A stretch of 62,326 bases of DNA, filler included. It is 4 parts of 4 records of this genome, joined end to end, with 100 filler letters (N's around TTAATTAATTAA, not from the genome) between each part and the next. Parts side by side here need not be neighbours in the genome. Positions count along the whole stretch, not along the records: positions 25,766 to 31,486 come from SRR31156797_6817; positions 31,587 to 62,326 come from SRR31156797_6820; 2 more parts are not named here. One strand, written 5' to 3'. How positions within the stretch are numbered: the first letter of the stretch is position 1; each line of letters begins with the position of its first letter. Positions 29,653 to 40,546 of the stretch are shown here, in pieces. The notes under the pieces were generated by a model, which worked only from the letters and a program-made list of their open reading frames with translations, ran no database searches and was not told the origin of the DNA. The translations under genes were made by a program, and so were the position numbers.

Positions 29653-31463
29653 TTACACGTACTTTCCAGAAAACTCCTCAAACGCATTTGTGACAGCGAA
29701 CTGAACCTCTTTACCCAAAGCCCTGAAATGTTCCTTACCGCATGCAATCTTGGCTTTTTCAGTCGGGCGAAGAGCATCGGTAAATAACGTACTTTTAGTC
29801 TCAACAACAAAGTAGAGTTTCTCTTTGCCCTCCACCTCAATCAGCACAGCCCAGTCCGGGTTATAGGTCCCAAGCGGGGTGTCGATTTTGAACCAGTCCG
29901 GAAGCTTGGCATACAGTTTAATATCATCATTGATTTCAAAGGCGGTGGCAAATTCCCGCTCTATATCGGAATCATAGACCACATGGTCATAGGCCGATTT
30001 TTGGCTTTCAACCATGTTTTTTTGCAGGTAGCCAAACAGCTCTTTGTCTTCAAATAATTCCTGGGCATAAAAATGGTCATTACCGATCTTGTGATACTTG
30101 ATTCCGTTCACCACAAAGAGGCGCATCTGGTGTTGAAGAATGGCTGATACCTGCTCGATGAACTTCTGAGGATTGTTTTTAAAGGACTCCAGACGGCCGC
30201 TGTCATTAATAATTTTAACGATTGTCCGGCGGGTCAGGTTGGTTTCGTTCTGGAGATAGGTTATCAGATCCGGGAGTTCAAAAGATCGTGATTCATAGAC
30301 ACTGACGGTTTCCTGAACCTGTTCTGCGTGAACGCCGCCACGATCAATTTCGGTTTTGGCCTTTCTGTAAATAAATCTTGCTTTGCCTACCTGGAGGTTC
30401 GCCTTGATCTCTTCAGTACATTTTGAAGCGAGTGCGTCCACATCAAAATTTACTCTAAAAGTTGTCTTGTATTTGATCCGGTCCCAAAGTGCTTTGAACT
30501 CCGGACTTAAAAACACGGCTTTATTCAGAGAGATTTTCTCCTTTTGGGCGGCATTCTTAAGGTTAAGATTACCGGCAACTTTCTTCAACACTGCAGCGAT
30601 TTGAGTGGCGTGCGCTTTGAATTCTTCGGGAAGTTCCAGCATGCCGTTTTTCAAAGCGGTTTTAAGATCGTTCTGGACTTTGCCCCTGGTATCAATATAT
30701 CCGGTGGTTTTCAGGTGATTCCATAGCTTCTTGGAAGCTTCGACACCAAGGTATTCATTACTGTAGTCGTCTATTGGAACCACAATTCCTGCAAACAAAT
30801 GTTTTTCAACTACACCGAATTTAATACCTTCTTCCTGCTCAATTTCCTTTTGAAGTTCTTCGGCAAATTTTTCATAGGATTCATTGGCCATGACCGTAAG
30901 GGTGTTAACCTCAAAACCATGAACCCGCTCGCCATCCTGGTTAACACATATACGCAGCCCTCGACCGATTTCCTGCCGTTTTTTAATGACCGAATTTGTT
31001 TCATTTAGCGTGCAGATCTGGAAAACGTTGGGATTATCCCACCCCTCTTTCAGAGCCGAGTGTGAGAATATGAACTTAAGTTTGGAATCAAAGCTGAGAA
31101 GCTTTTCCTTTTCCTTCATGATTAGGTTGTAGGCGCTTTCATCCGCAAGGGTTTTGCCGGAGGCATCTTTGAGCATTTCATTGCCCGTGGAATCTTTCTT
31201 TTTATCAACGGCAAAATATCCATTATGCACCCCGGCAGCTGCGGTTTCCAGATCCGCTCCTTCAAATAGAGTGCTGTATTTGGGTTTGCGTATGGCCCGG
31301 GCATACTCCTGTTCAAACATTAGAGCGAACTTACCTTTTTGCGGATTGCCGTCCTCATCATACCGGCGGTAGTTGGCCACCTTGTCGATGAAAAACAGGC
31401 TGAGTACTTTGATGCCCTGGGGGCGCAGGCGCATCTCTTTATCCAAATGTTCCTCAATGGTTT
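29653..31463 (-). CDS. res: Type III restriction enzyme Res subunit, C-terminal part (5' end broken)
   Basis: TIEEHLDKE, IKVLSLFFIDKVANYR, FSHSALKEGWDNPNVFQICTL, RQEIGRGLR and C-terminal YNPDWA...VVETKS nuclease motif. Confidence 0.92.
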
Positions 31464-31486
31464 GAGTGTAACCTTTTTGCGTTTAC
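31464..31486. mobile_element. Possible insertion-sequence end (IS256-like) at the contig break, interrupting res
   Basis: Res-like sequence stops at about 31463. The following GAGTGTAACCTTTTTGCGTTTAC resembles IS256-family terminal repeats and puts a stop in the Res frame. Confidence 0.35.
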
Positions 31487-31586
31487 NNNNNNNNNNNNNN
31501 NNNNNNNNNNNNNNNNNNNNNNNNNNNNNNTTAATTAATTAANNNNNNNNNNNNNNNNNNNNNNNNNNNNNNNNNNNNNNNNNNNN
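31487..31586. other. Artificial contig spacer
   Basis: N-run containing TTAATTAATTAA. Confidence 0.99.
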
Positions 31587-31587
31587 G

Positions 31588-34521
31588 GATAACATGATCT
31601 ACATGAAATCCACCAATGCCAATGACGGTTCAATGGTTATTGACATATCTTTTGACGTGGGAACTGATCCGGATATGAATACCGTTTTGGCGCAAAATCG
31701 GGTTTCAGCGGCTTCGGCCAAATTGCCTGAATCGGTAAAGAAACTCGGTGTTACAACCGAAAAATCGCTGCCCAACATTTTAATGTTGATTACACTTACA
31801 TCTGAAGGGCAGTATGATCAGGATTTTCTTGGTAATTATGCCCTGATCAATATCAAGGATCAACTTGCACGTATCAAAGGTATCGGAAGGGTTAATGTGC
31901 TCGGAGCTTCAGATTACTCCATGCGCATCTGGGTTAAACCCGACCGGCTTGCCCAGTTAAGTATTACTATTCCGGAAATTCTTGCTGCCATTAACGAACA
32001 AAACGTAATTGTTCCGGGTGGTAAATTTGGTGCGGAACCGGCTCCACCGGGTACGGAATTTACCTATACCGTCCGGCTGCCTGAACGATTCAATTCTCCG
32101 GAGGCATTTGGTGAAATCGTTGTCAGAACCCAGGAAGACGGGTCACAAGTCAAGTTGAAAGATATCGCTACTATCAATCTTGGGGTAGAGACCTATAATT
32201 CCTTCACAAGGCTCAATGGAGAAACTGCTTCGATCATTGCGTTATATCAGGCTCCGGGTTCCAATGCTGTTGAACTGGCCCAAAATGTGATCTCCGAAAT
32301 GGAATCCCTGAAAACCGGCTTTCCTGAAGGCGTTAAATATGATGTTTCGCTGGATTCTACTGCACCGATCACTGCCGGTATACGTGATATTGTGGTAACC
32401 CTGATTATTGCACTTGTACTTGTAATTTTGGTCGTATTTATTTTTATCCAGGACTGGCGTGCAACGCTAATTCCAACACTGGCAATCCCTGTTTCGCTGG
32501 TAGGTGCATTTATGTTTTTCCCCTTGCTGGGATTTACCATCAACGTACTTTCATTGCTGGGGCTTGTGCTCGCCATAGGGATTGTGGTGGATGATGCCAT
32601 TGTGGTGGTAGAGGCTGTGCAGGTAAATATTGCGCGCGGAATGAAGGCCAAGGAAGCTACCCTGGATGCTATGCGAAAGGTATCCGCACCTGTGGTTGCA
32701 ACTACCATTGTATTGGTGGCTGTATTTATTCCGGTTGCAGGGATGGCAGGTATTACCGGTTTACTGTATCAGCAGTTTGCAATCACCATTCTGGTATCCG
32801 TAATTGTTTCATCGGTAAATGCACTTACACTCAGTCCGGCTTTATGTTCTATTTTGTTAAAAGAACCCAAGCCTTATAAAGGCCCGCTGGGATGGTTTTT
32901 TGGGAAGTTTAACAAAGGTATGGACAAAGCCACAGATGGCTACCTCAGCTTTGCCAGTGTTATCACACGGAAAGTGAAACGCGGGGTGGTGTTTATCATC
33001 ATCCTCACCATAGGCGCAGGAATATTTGGAAAACTTGTTCCCGGAGGGTTTATCCCCGAAGAGGACATGGGTTATTTCTTTGTAAATATCCAGTTGCCCA
33101 ATGCTGCCTCACTCCAGCGTTCAGATGTAATTGCCAAACAGGTCGAAGAAATATTGGCAGGTTATGAGGATGTGGATTATGTTACAACTGCTACAGGCTT
33201 TAGTTTGCTCTCAGGGGCTATGTCATCCAACAACGCCTTTATGTTTGTAACCCTGAGCGACTGGAGTGAGCGTGATGAAACAGCCAAAGAGATTTTTTCG
33301 AGACTGAATGTTGAACTGGCTCGAAAAATTAAAGGCGCTCAGGCCTTTGCCTTCGGGCCACCGGCCATTCCGGGCTTGGGTAATGGCTCGGGCTTTTCTA
33401 TCATGATCCAGGATAAAGGAGGAAATACACCTGAGTATCTTTCACAAAATACCATGAAATTTATTCAGGCTGCCAATAGCAAGCCCGAAATTGGAAATGC
33501 TTTTACCACATTTCAGGCCTCTGTTCCACAGCGTTTCATGGATATCGACAAAGAAAAAGCTTTGAAGGTGGGGATATCTTTGAACGACCTTTACACAACT
33601 GTGGGTGCTTATATGGGTGGAGCCTATGTGAACGATTTCACCCGTTTCGGACGCTTATATAAAACCTATATCCAGGCCGAACCTGAGTATCGTGTAAATG
33701 AAGAGCAGATCAACAATTTCTTTATCAAAAACAAGGATGGCGAAATGGTACCGTTGTCAACGTTAACAACCATCAGGCCTGTAACCGGCCCTGACTACAC
33801 CAACCGGTTTAACCTTTTCAGGGCGGTGGAAGTTACCGGTGCACCTGCATCTGGCTATACCTCCGCTCAGGCCATGGCTGCCCTGGAAGCTGCCGCAACC
33901 GAATCGCTGCCTGCAGATATGACCTACGCATGGAATGCCATGTCGTTCCAGGAGAAAAAAGCCTCTGGCTCTCTTGGTGTGATCATGATCTTCTCGCTGT
34001 TGTTTGTATTCCTGATTTTATCTGCACAATACGAAAGCTGGTCGCTGCCATTCAGTATTTTGCTGGGAACACCTTTTGCCATTTTTGGTGCTTTGTTCTT
34101 CCTGTGGTTTGCCAGGATTTTTAGCCCTTCGTTCGAGAATAACATCTTTGCGCAGGTTTCATTTATCATGCTCATTGGTATGGCGGCTAAGAATGCAATT
34201 CTCATTGTAGAGTTTGCCAATGAGGAATTTAAAAATGGTCTCAGCCTTTTCAATTCAGCAGTTAATGCAGCTAAATCCAGATTCAGGCCGATATTGATGA
34301 CAGCATTTTCATTTATTCTTGGGGTATTCCCGCTTGTTATTGCTTCCGGTTCAGGTGCTGAAGCCCGGAAGGTGATGGGGATGGCCTTGCTTGGGGGTAT
34401 GTCCATAGCGACATTCCTGGGTGTGTTTATGTATCCGATGTTGTTTCTTTTGATCGGGAAATTAGCGGGATATGAGAAAAAGCGGGATAAGAATGCTGAA
34501 TTACAAACTCAAAACAACTAG
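31588..34521 (+). CDS. RND efflux permease (AcrB/MexF-like), 5'-truncated
   Basis: DNMIYMKS, GLVLAIGIVVDDAIVVVE, QYESW, AAKNAILIVEFA and RFRPILMT. Confidence 0.95.
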   Translation, partial: DNMIYMKSTNANDGSMVIDISFDVGTDPDMNTVLAQNRVSAASAKLPESVKKLGVTTEKSLPNILMLITLTSEGQYDQDFLGNYALINIKDQLARIKGIGRVNVLGASDYSMRIWVKPDRLAQLSITIPEILAAINEQNVIVPGGKFGAEPAPPGTEFTYTVRLPERFNSPEAFGEIVVRTQEDGSQVKLKDIATINLGVETYNSFTRLNGETASIIALYQAPGSNAVELAQNVISEMESLKTGFPEGVKYDVSLDSTAPITAGIRDIVVTLIIALVLVILVVFIFIQDWRATLIPTLAIPVSLVGAFMFFPLLGFTINVLSLLGLVLAIGIVVDDAIVVVEAVQVNIARGMKAKEATLDAMRKVSAPVVATTIVLVAVFIPVAGMAGITGLLYQQFAITILVSVIVSSVNALTLSPALCSILLKEPKPYKGPLGWFFGKFNKGMDKATDGYLSFASVITRKVKRGVVFIIILTIGAGIFGKLVPGGFIPEEDMGYFFVNIQLPNAASLQRSDVIAKQVEEILAGYEDVDYVTTATGFSLLSGAMSSNNAFMFVTLSDWSERDETAKEIFSRLNVELARKIKGAQAFAFGPPAIPGLGNGSGFSIMIQDKGGNTPEYLSQNTMKFIQAANSKPEIGNAFTTFQASVPQRFMDIDKEKALKVGISLNDLYTTVGAYMGGAYVNDFTRFGRLYKTYIQAEPEYRVNEEQINNFFIKNKDGEMVPLSTLTTIRPVTGPDYTNRFNLFRAVEVTGAPASGYTSAQAMAALEAAATESLPADMTYAWNAMSFQEKKASGSLGVIMIFSLLFVFLILSAQYESWSLPFSILLGTPFAIFGALFFLWFARIFSPSFENNIFAQVSFIMLIGMAAKNAILIVEFANEEFKNGLSLFNSAVNAAKSRFRPILMTAFSFILGVFPLVIASGSGAEARKVMGMALLGGMSIATFLGVFMYPMLFLLIGKLAGYEKKRDKNAELQTQNN

Positions 34522-34529
34522 GGGGAGAT

Positions 34530-35948
34530 ATGAAAGCATCAAAATATATTATTGCTGTTTTATTGGTACTGATTTTCTTCAGTGGCTGTATGCTCGGCCC
34601 GAAATATCAGAAACCGGCTGTTGAAAGCCCCGAAGCCTATATGATGGGAGATGAAAATCCTGATTCTACTTTTAACCTGCGCTGGTGGGATTTATTTGAG
34701 GATGATTTACTCGATACTTTGATCATGACTGCCCTCGAAGAAAACAAGGATGTCCGCATTGCCGCCAGCCGGATAGAACAAGCCAGGGCCGCACTGGGTT
34801 TTACTAAGGCAGACCAATATCCTTCCATTGGATATAGTGTCGGTGCCGGCAGGGGAAATACGCTGGGTACTGCAAAAACGGATGTGGAAGTCAATAATTT
34901 TTACGGATTTGGAAACGTGCAATGGGAAATAGATTTTTGGGGTAAATATCGTCGGGCCACACAGGCTGCCAAAGCGGATTTGCTGGCTACAGAATATGCC
35001 CATCGCGCTGTACAGGTGGCCATCATCTCTGAAGTTTCCTATGCATATTTTCAGTTATTGGACTACCAGCAACGTCTTGAAATAGCGCAACGCACCCTCG
35101 AAACCCGTGAAGGCTCTTTGGATATCATCCAGCAGCGTTTTGATCAGGGTGTGGTTGCAGAGATCGACCTGAACAATGCACAAATGCAAAGGGCTGTGGC
35201 AGCAGGAGCCGTTCCTCAATGGGAGCGTGCAGTTACACAAACCAAAAATGCCATACAGATTTTGTTGGGTAGAAATCCTGCACCTATGGAGATAGATAAA
35301 TTGATTGAAGATGAAAAACAGCCTCCTGAAATACCTTCAGGAATTCCTTCTTATCTGCTGGAACGACGGCCCGACATCAATCTGGCCGAGCAGCAACTCA
35401 TTGCCCAAAACGCCCAGATTGGGATAGCACAGGCCATGCGGTTTCCATCCATAAGTCTCACCGGATTGCTGGGTGTGGCCAGCGATGACCTCAGCAGCCT
35501 AACCTCCGGCGGACTGGCATGGAATGCAGCTGGATCACTACTCGGGCCAATATTTAACTTTGGAAAAAACAAACGCCGTGTTGAAATTGAAAGAGCGCGT
35601 ACCGAAGAATACCTGATTCGCTATGAAGCTGCCGTTATCCAGGCATTCCGCGAAGTAGAAGATGCCTTGGTTGAAATTGATACCTACAGACGTCAGTTGG
35701 TAATAAAACAAGAAGAATTGGATGCAGCCCGCAATGCAGCAGAGCTTTCACGTGACCGTTACGACGGAGGAGTAAGTTCATACCTCGAAGTTTTGGACAG
35801 CGAACGTACGTTGTTTAATGTTGAGTTGGAACTGTCACAATTGCGACAGCTCTGGCTTACATCTTATATCAACCTTTACAATGCCCTTGGCGGTGGCTGG
35901 ATTACTCCGGAGGAGGAGCGGCAGGCTACACAGGAACAAGCTGAGTGA
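34530..35948 (+). CDS. Efflux outer-membrane lipoprotein (OprM/NodT family)
   Basis: Lipobox FSGC, WEIDFWG.YRR, LLERRPDI, AFREVEDAL and LYNALGGGW. Confidence 0.95.
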   Translation: MKASKYIIAVLLVLIFFSGCMLGPKYQKPAVESPEAYMMGDENPDSTFNLRWWDLFEDDLLDTLIMTALEENKDVRIAASRIEQARAALGFTKADQYPSIGYSVGAGRGNTLGTAKTDVEVNNFYGFGNVQWEIDFWGKYRRATQAAKADLLATEYAHRAVQVAIISEVSYAYFQLLDYQQRLEIAQRTLETREGSLDIIQQRFDQGVVAEIDLNNAQMQRAVAAGAVPQWERAVTQTKNAIQILLGRNPAPMEIDKLIEDEKQPPEIPSGIPSYLLERRPDINLAEQQLIAQNAQIGIAQAMRFPSISLTGLLGVASDDLSSLTSGGLAWNAAGSLLGPIFNFGKNKRRVEIERARTEEYLIRYEAAVIQAFREVEDALVEIDTYRRQLVIKQEELDAARNAAELSRDRYDGGVSSYLEVLDSERTLFNVELELSQLRQLWLTSYINLYNALGGGWITPEEERQATQEQAE

Positions 35949-36058
35949 TGGATGCCCGATAATCAGCATGATTAAAAACATAGGCATGTCAAAAACTATA
36001 GCCTCCTGTACTGAGATGTGATAATAAATAACTGAAACTTAAAAATGGAGATTTTAAA

Positions 36059-37057
36059 ATGTCGGTAAAACACAAAAGACTCGGAAAACACGGAGTATTG
36101 GTTAGTAATATTTGCCTCGGTACAATGAATTTTGGATGGCATGCCAGCGAAGAAGACAGCTTCGCAATCATGGATCGTGCCCTGGAACTGGGCATCAATT
36201 TTTTCGATACCGCCGATGTGTATGGCTGGTCGGTAGAACATGGATATACGGAAGAAATTATCGGGCGATGGTTGGCCCAGGGTGGCGGACGAAGGGATGC
36301 GATTGTTTTGGCAACAAAAGTTTACAATCCTGTAGATCGTAAGGCAAACCTGCCTGAGGTCAATAGTGATGGGCGAAGCCTCAGTGCATATAAAATACAC
36401 AAACATTGCGAAGGTAGTTTAAGGCGGCTGCAAACTGACAGGATCGATTTATACCAGATGCATCATATCGACCGGGATTGCCCCTGGGATGAAACCTGGA
36501 ACAGCTTCGATACCCTGATCAAACAGGGGAAAGTAATTTATGTGGGATCAAGCAATTTTGCAGGCTGGGACATAGCCACTGCCTGCCAGGAAGCCTCCAA
36601 ACGTGGCATGATGGGGTTGGTGAGCGAGCAGAGCATTTACAATCTCGATAACCGGATGCTTGAACTTGAAGTGATTCCTGCATGCAAGCATTACGGATTG
36701 GGACTGATCCCCTGGAGTCCTTTGGCAGGCGGGCTTCTCGGAGGCGCATTGGAGAAACAAAAGATAGGGCGCCGAAAGGATGAGCAGCATACAAAACAGG
36801 TAGAAAAGAAACGCAGGCAACTTGAGCAGTATGAGTCGCTGTGTAAAGAAATTGGCCATCCTGCCGGTGAGGTTGCACTGGCCTGGCTGCTCCATAACCC
36901 GGTTGTAACAGCACCCATTATCGGCCCGCGTACCATCGAACAACTCGAAAGTGCAGTCAGGGCCGCAAGCATTCAATTGGATGACGCGGTGCTCAAAAAA
37001 CTGGATGAGATTTTTCCAGGGCCCGGTGGCGAAGCACCGAATGCTTATGCCTGGTAA
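36059..37057 (+). CDS. Aldo/keto reductase
   Basis: ICLGTMNFG, FFDTADVY, LATKV, IDLYQMH and PWSPLAGGLL. Confidence 0.95.
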   Translation: MSVKHKRLGKHGVLVSNICLGTMNFGWHASEEDSFAIMDRALELGINFFDTADVYGWSVEHGYTEEIIGRWLAQGGGRRDAIVLATKVYNPVDRKANLPEVNSDGRSLSAYKIHKHCEGSLRRLQTDRIDLYQMHHIDRDCPWDETWNSFDTLIKQGKVIYVGSSNFAGWDIATACQEASKRGMMGLVSEQSIYNLDNRMLELEVIPACKHYGLGLIPWSPLAGGLLGGALEKQKIGRRKDEQHTKQVEKKRRQLEQYESLCKEIGHPAGEVALAWLLHNPVVTAPIIGPRTIEQLESAVRAASIQLDDAVLKKLDEIFPGPGGEAPNAYAW

Positions 37058-37298
37058 CAGGCCGTATGCACACAAACATGCTTAGCGAAATGCACCAGCC
37101 TCACCGGCCAGACGGGAATGCCGCCAAACGTCCATGAAAGTGAGGCCACAAACTTTACAGAGACTCGTCCATACATGTCGCAATTTTGGAGGACAGGTCT
37201 GCTACGATAACAATGCTTGCAATCATATTTGTTTAAAATGATTATTGTACCTTAGCATTCATTCTGTAAAAGTTTCAACAGTAGTTTTGTTGACAAAA

Positions 37299-37910
37299 AT
37301 GAAACACGTAATCCTTTCATTTATCTTCCTGATATTCTGTGAATATTTTTTGTATGCTCAAAGTGATGGGGACAGCATTTCGCAAATAAATTCTCATGCA
37401 GCCCACTCCATTGATTCGGATAGCCAAAAATGGAGACTTGGGGTTAATGTCGTTCAACATTTTAATTATCCGATCCTGCATTCGGTGGTGGCAATGGAAA
37501 TCTCAAAAAGGAGTCATTTTCTCTACGCCGGGTTGAACTACACCCATCTGCTCGAAAACTATTTTGGGGATGAGGTAATGGGTGATCTATACGAAGAAAA
37601 TGCCTTTGGGATCAATTTTGGGTACAGGCATTTTGACGACACAAAATGGCAGAGATGGAGCATTGTTTTGCAAATGGATTTCACGGTTTACAGGGTGAGG
37701 TATAAGCAGTGGGGCGGACATGGTGCTGGTGTACAGGATAAAGACCCTGTCATCCTCGAAAACTGCGGTGGTATTGGACTGAATTATAAAATTTCTTCCA
37801 AAATTAGTGTAACTACGGGCGTTGGACTGAGCAGCCCGGCAGGTTTTTTTCTAATGCTGGATCAGGTTAATCCACATTCCTGGATTGGTTTGCATTATCA
37901 ACTCCATTGA
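37299..37910 (+). CDS. Hypothetical outer-membrane beta-barrel-like protein
   Basis: Signal peptide (LYA-Q), alternating strands (GINFGYR, GIGLNY), aromatic C-terminus. Confidence 0.55.
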   Translation: MKHVILSFIFLIFCEYFLYAQSDGDSISQINSHAAHSIDSDSQKWRLGVNVVQHFNYPILHSVVAMEISKRSHFLYAGLNYTHLLENYFGDEVMGDLYEENAFGINFGYRHFDDTKWQRWSIVLQMDFTVYRVRYKQWGGHGAGVQDKDPVILENCGGIGLNYKISSKISVTTGVGLSSPAGFFLMLDQVNPHSWIGLHYQLH

Positions 37911-38077
37911 CGGTGTATATTCCGCCGAACTGTCTGGAGTAGTGATATTAAGTTATCAAAGAACGTTCGTCGGAACATCTGTTCCGATGCCAATTTTCAG
38001 GATTTCATTACATTTGGTTTTTGTGAATCAAAGCGTAAACTTTTCATACAAAAAACCAAATGAATGAATCATTAACC

Positions 38078-39607
38078 ATGCTCAAAAATTTTATTGTCAT
38101 CTTGCTGCTTGCAGTCGTAGCAATCGGTTGCAATCCTGAGAAAGCATCCTATCAACAACCCAACATTATTTTTTTCCTTGCAGATGACCTTGGATATGGT
38201 GAAGTGGGAGCCTATGGCCAGGAAAAGATCAAAACGCCAAATATCGATAAGCTCGCCCAACAGGGGATGCTGTTCACACAGCACTATTCCGGCGCTCCGG
38301 TATGTGCTCCTGCGAGATGTGTGTTTTTAACCGGAAAACATACCGGCCATGCTGTAATCCGTGGAAATGATGAATGGACCGAAAGGGGAGATGTGTGGAA
38401 TTACGAAAAAGCCTGCGCCGATCCAGCACTTGAAGGACAACGGCCAATGCCTCAAAATACCATTACACTTGGGAAAATGCTGCAGGAAGCAGGATACAAA
38501 ACGGGAGTTTTTGGCAAGTGGGGACTGGGTGCTCCGGGTTCTGCAGGAGTTCCTAACCGGCAGGGCTTCAATTGTTTTTATGGTTACAATTGTCAGCGGC
38601 AGGCCCATAATTTGTACCCGCCACATTTGTGGGAAAACAATGGAAAGGACATCCTTGAAAATGAACTTGTTATTCCGCACACAAAGCTGGATACGCTGCT
38701 TGATCCGTATGATGAGAAAAGCTACACCAAATTCACTCAGGTTGAATACGCCCCTGAAATGATTCAGCAGAAAGCGTTGGTGTTCATCAAAGAAAACAAA
38801 GATCAGCCGTTTTTTATGTATTATGCCTCGCCGCTGCCACATGTGCCACTCCAGGCACCAAAGGAATTTGTAGATGAGTACCGGAAGGTTTTTGGTGATG
38901 AACAGCCCTACCTCGGCAACAAAGGCTATTTCCCCAACCGGTATCCGCGAGCAACTTATGCCGCCATGATTACCTACCTGGATCACCAGCTCGGTGAACT
39001 GATCGAAACGCTGAAAGCACAGGGTATTTATGAAAATACCATCATTTTCTTTACCAGCGACAACGGCCCAACCTATGCCGGCGGTGTGGATTTTGAATAT
39101 TTTGAAAGCTCAAAACCCTTTGCCAACGGCTACGGCAGAACAAAAGGGTACGTGTATGAAGGTGGCATCAGGGTGCCGATGATTGCGAGCTGGCCTGGCC
39201 AAATCCGGGCGAAATCAGTAAGCGATCATATTTCTGCGTTTTATGATCTGATGCCCACCATTTATGATTTGGCCAATGCACCCATTCCTGAAGATACGGA
39301 TGGAATTAGCTTCGCACCGGCATTGTTTGGTAAACCCCAAAAAGCACACAAATATCTGTACTGGGAATTTCCGGCCTATAAAGGCCAGCAGGCCGTCAGG
39401 CTGGGAAAATGGAAAGGTGTCCGTAAAAATATTCAGGATGGAAACATGTCTGTTGAGTTATACAACCTGGAGACCGACACCCTGGAACAATATGATGTTT
39501 CAAAACAGCATCCGGAAATTGTGAAGCAGATTGAGCAAATCATGGAGCAGGAGCATGTCCCCTCCGAAAATGAGAAATTTAAGTTTGGGTATTTGGGGGA
39601 TCATTAA
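38078..39607 (+). CDS. Arylsulfatase (Cys-type, lipoprotein)
   Basis: Lipobox AIGC, PNIIFFLADDLGY, CAPARCVFLTG (CxPxR), SDNG and EGGIRVP. Confidence 0.95.
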   Translation: MLKNFIVILLLAVVAIGCNPEKASYQQPNIIFFLADDLGYGEVGAYGQEKIKTPNIDKLAQQGMLFTQHYSGAPVCAPARCVFLTGKHTGHAVIRGNDEWTERGDVWNYEKACADPALEGQRPMPQNTITLGKMLQEAGYKTGVFGKWGLGAPGSAGVPNRQGFNCFYGYNCQRQAHNLYPPHLWENNGKDILENELVIPHTKLDTLLDPYDEKSYTKFTQVEYAPEMIQQKALVFIKENKDQPFFMYYASPLPHVPLQAPKEFVDEYRKVFGDEQPYLGNKGYFPNRYPRATYAAMITYLDHQLGELIETLKAQGIYENTIIFFTSDNGPTYAGGVDFEYFESSKPFANGYGRTKGYVYEGGIRVPMIASWPGQIRAKSVSDHISAFYDLMPTIYDLANAPIPEDTDGISFAPALFGKPQKAHKYLYWEFPAYKGQQAVRLGKWKGVRKNIQDGNMSVELYNLETDTLEQYDVSKQHPEIVKQIEQIMEQEHVPSENEKFKFGYLGDH

Positions 39608-39691
39608 ATTATAGAAGCATAATTTTTTTTGAAGTTTAAGAATTTAGTCTTAGGCTGAATAATTTAAACTCATTCGTGATAAGGATTTTTT

Positions 39692-39699
39692 TATATTTG
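39692..39699 (+). promoter_or_regulatory. Bacteroidota -7 promoter element (TAnnTTTG) upstream of the channel-nuclease cassette
   Basis: TATATTTG. The same consensus occurs before other genes in this contig (43750, 52169, 53460, 54934, 57433, 62073). Confidence 0.5.
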
Positions 39700-39745
39700 A
39701 TGGTTGTAAATATGATCAATTTTCTGCTAAAGATTGAGAATTAAT

Positions 39746-40546
39746 ATGCTTAAAAAACTATTCCTAAACGATACTTTTATTCTAGGATTGATTTTGGTCA
39801 ATTCAGTTGTTCTGTTTGCAGGAGGTTATTTGCCGGAAACAGCAAATGCTAGGATCATACTTTCCTTGATTGATAATTTGATTACAGCGCTCTTTGTAGT
39901 TGAATTGCTGGTAAAGGCAAGAGAATATGGGTTTGGTAAATATATCAGTTCAAATTGGAATAAATTTGATTTTGTACTTGTGGTTTTAGCACTACCTGCC
40001 TTGATCACATTTCTTTTTAATTTGCAGCTAATCGACTTTAGCTTTCTGCTTGTATTCAGAATACTCCGTGTTTTTAAGGCCTTTCGCTTTTTTAAGTTTA
40101 TACCTAATGTTGGTGAACTTGTTTCTGGTGTGCAACGTGCGCTAAAGGCTTCGGTATTTGTATTCCTCGGATTTATTATTTACATTTTTATCATTGGGAT
40201 TTTGTCATTTTATCTCTTTCAAAACAGTGGTTCAGAATATTTTACAACCCCGTTGATATCGTTATATTCCACATTTAAGCTATTCACAATAGAAGGTTGG
40301 TTTGAAATACCCGAGCAGATTACCCAGGGCTACAAAGAAGGAGTAGCATTTTTTATTTATCTCTATTTTATTTTTGTTGTGCTCACTGGTGGAGTTTTCG
40401 GATTGTCACTCGTAAATTCTATCTTTGTTGATTCCATGGTGAGCGATAACAATGATGATCTCGAAAAAAAGATTGATCACCTTGACGCAAAGATCTCTGA
40501 ATTAATAACCAAAATTCAAAGCAATGAAACTGGAAAAAATACTTGA
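39746..40546 (+). CDS. Voltage-gated cation channel (BacNav-like, Ion_trans family)
   Basis: Six TM segments, WNKFDFVLV, S4 FRILRVFKAFRFFK, pore TFKLFTIEGW (cf. TLESW) and a C-terminal coiled coil. Confidence 0.9.
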   Translation: MLKKLFLNDTFILGLILVNSVVLFAGGYLPETANARIILSLIDNLITALFVVELLVKAREYGFGKYISSNWNKFDFVLVVLALPALITFLFNLQLIDFSFLLVFRILRVFKAFRFFKFIPNVGELVSGVQRALKASVFVFLGFIIYIFIIGILSFYLFQNSGSEYFTTPLISLYSTFKLFTIEGWFEIPEQITQGYKEGVAFFIYLYFIFVVLTGGVFGLSLVNSIFVDSMVSDNNDDLEKKIDHLDAKISELITKIQSNETGKNT

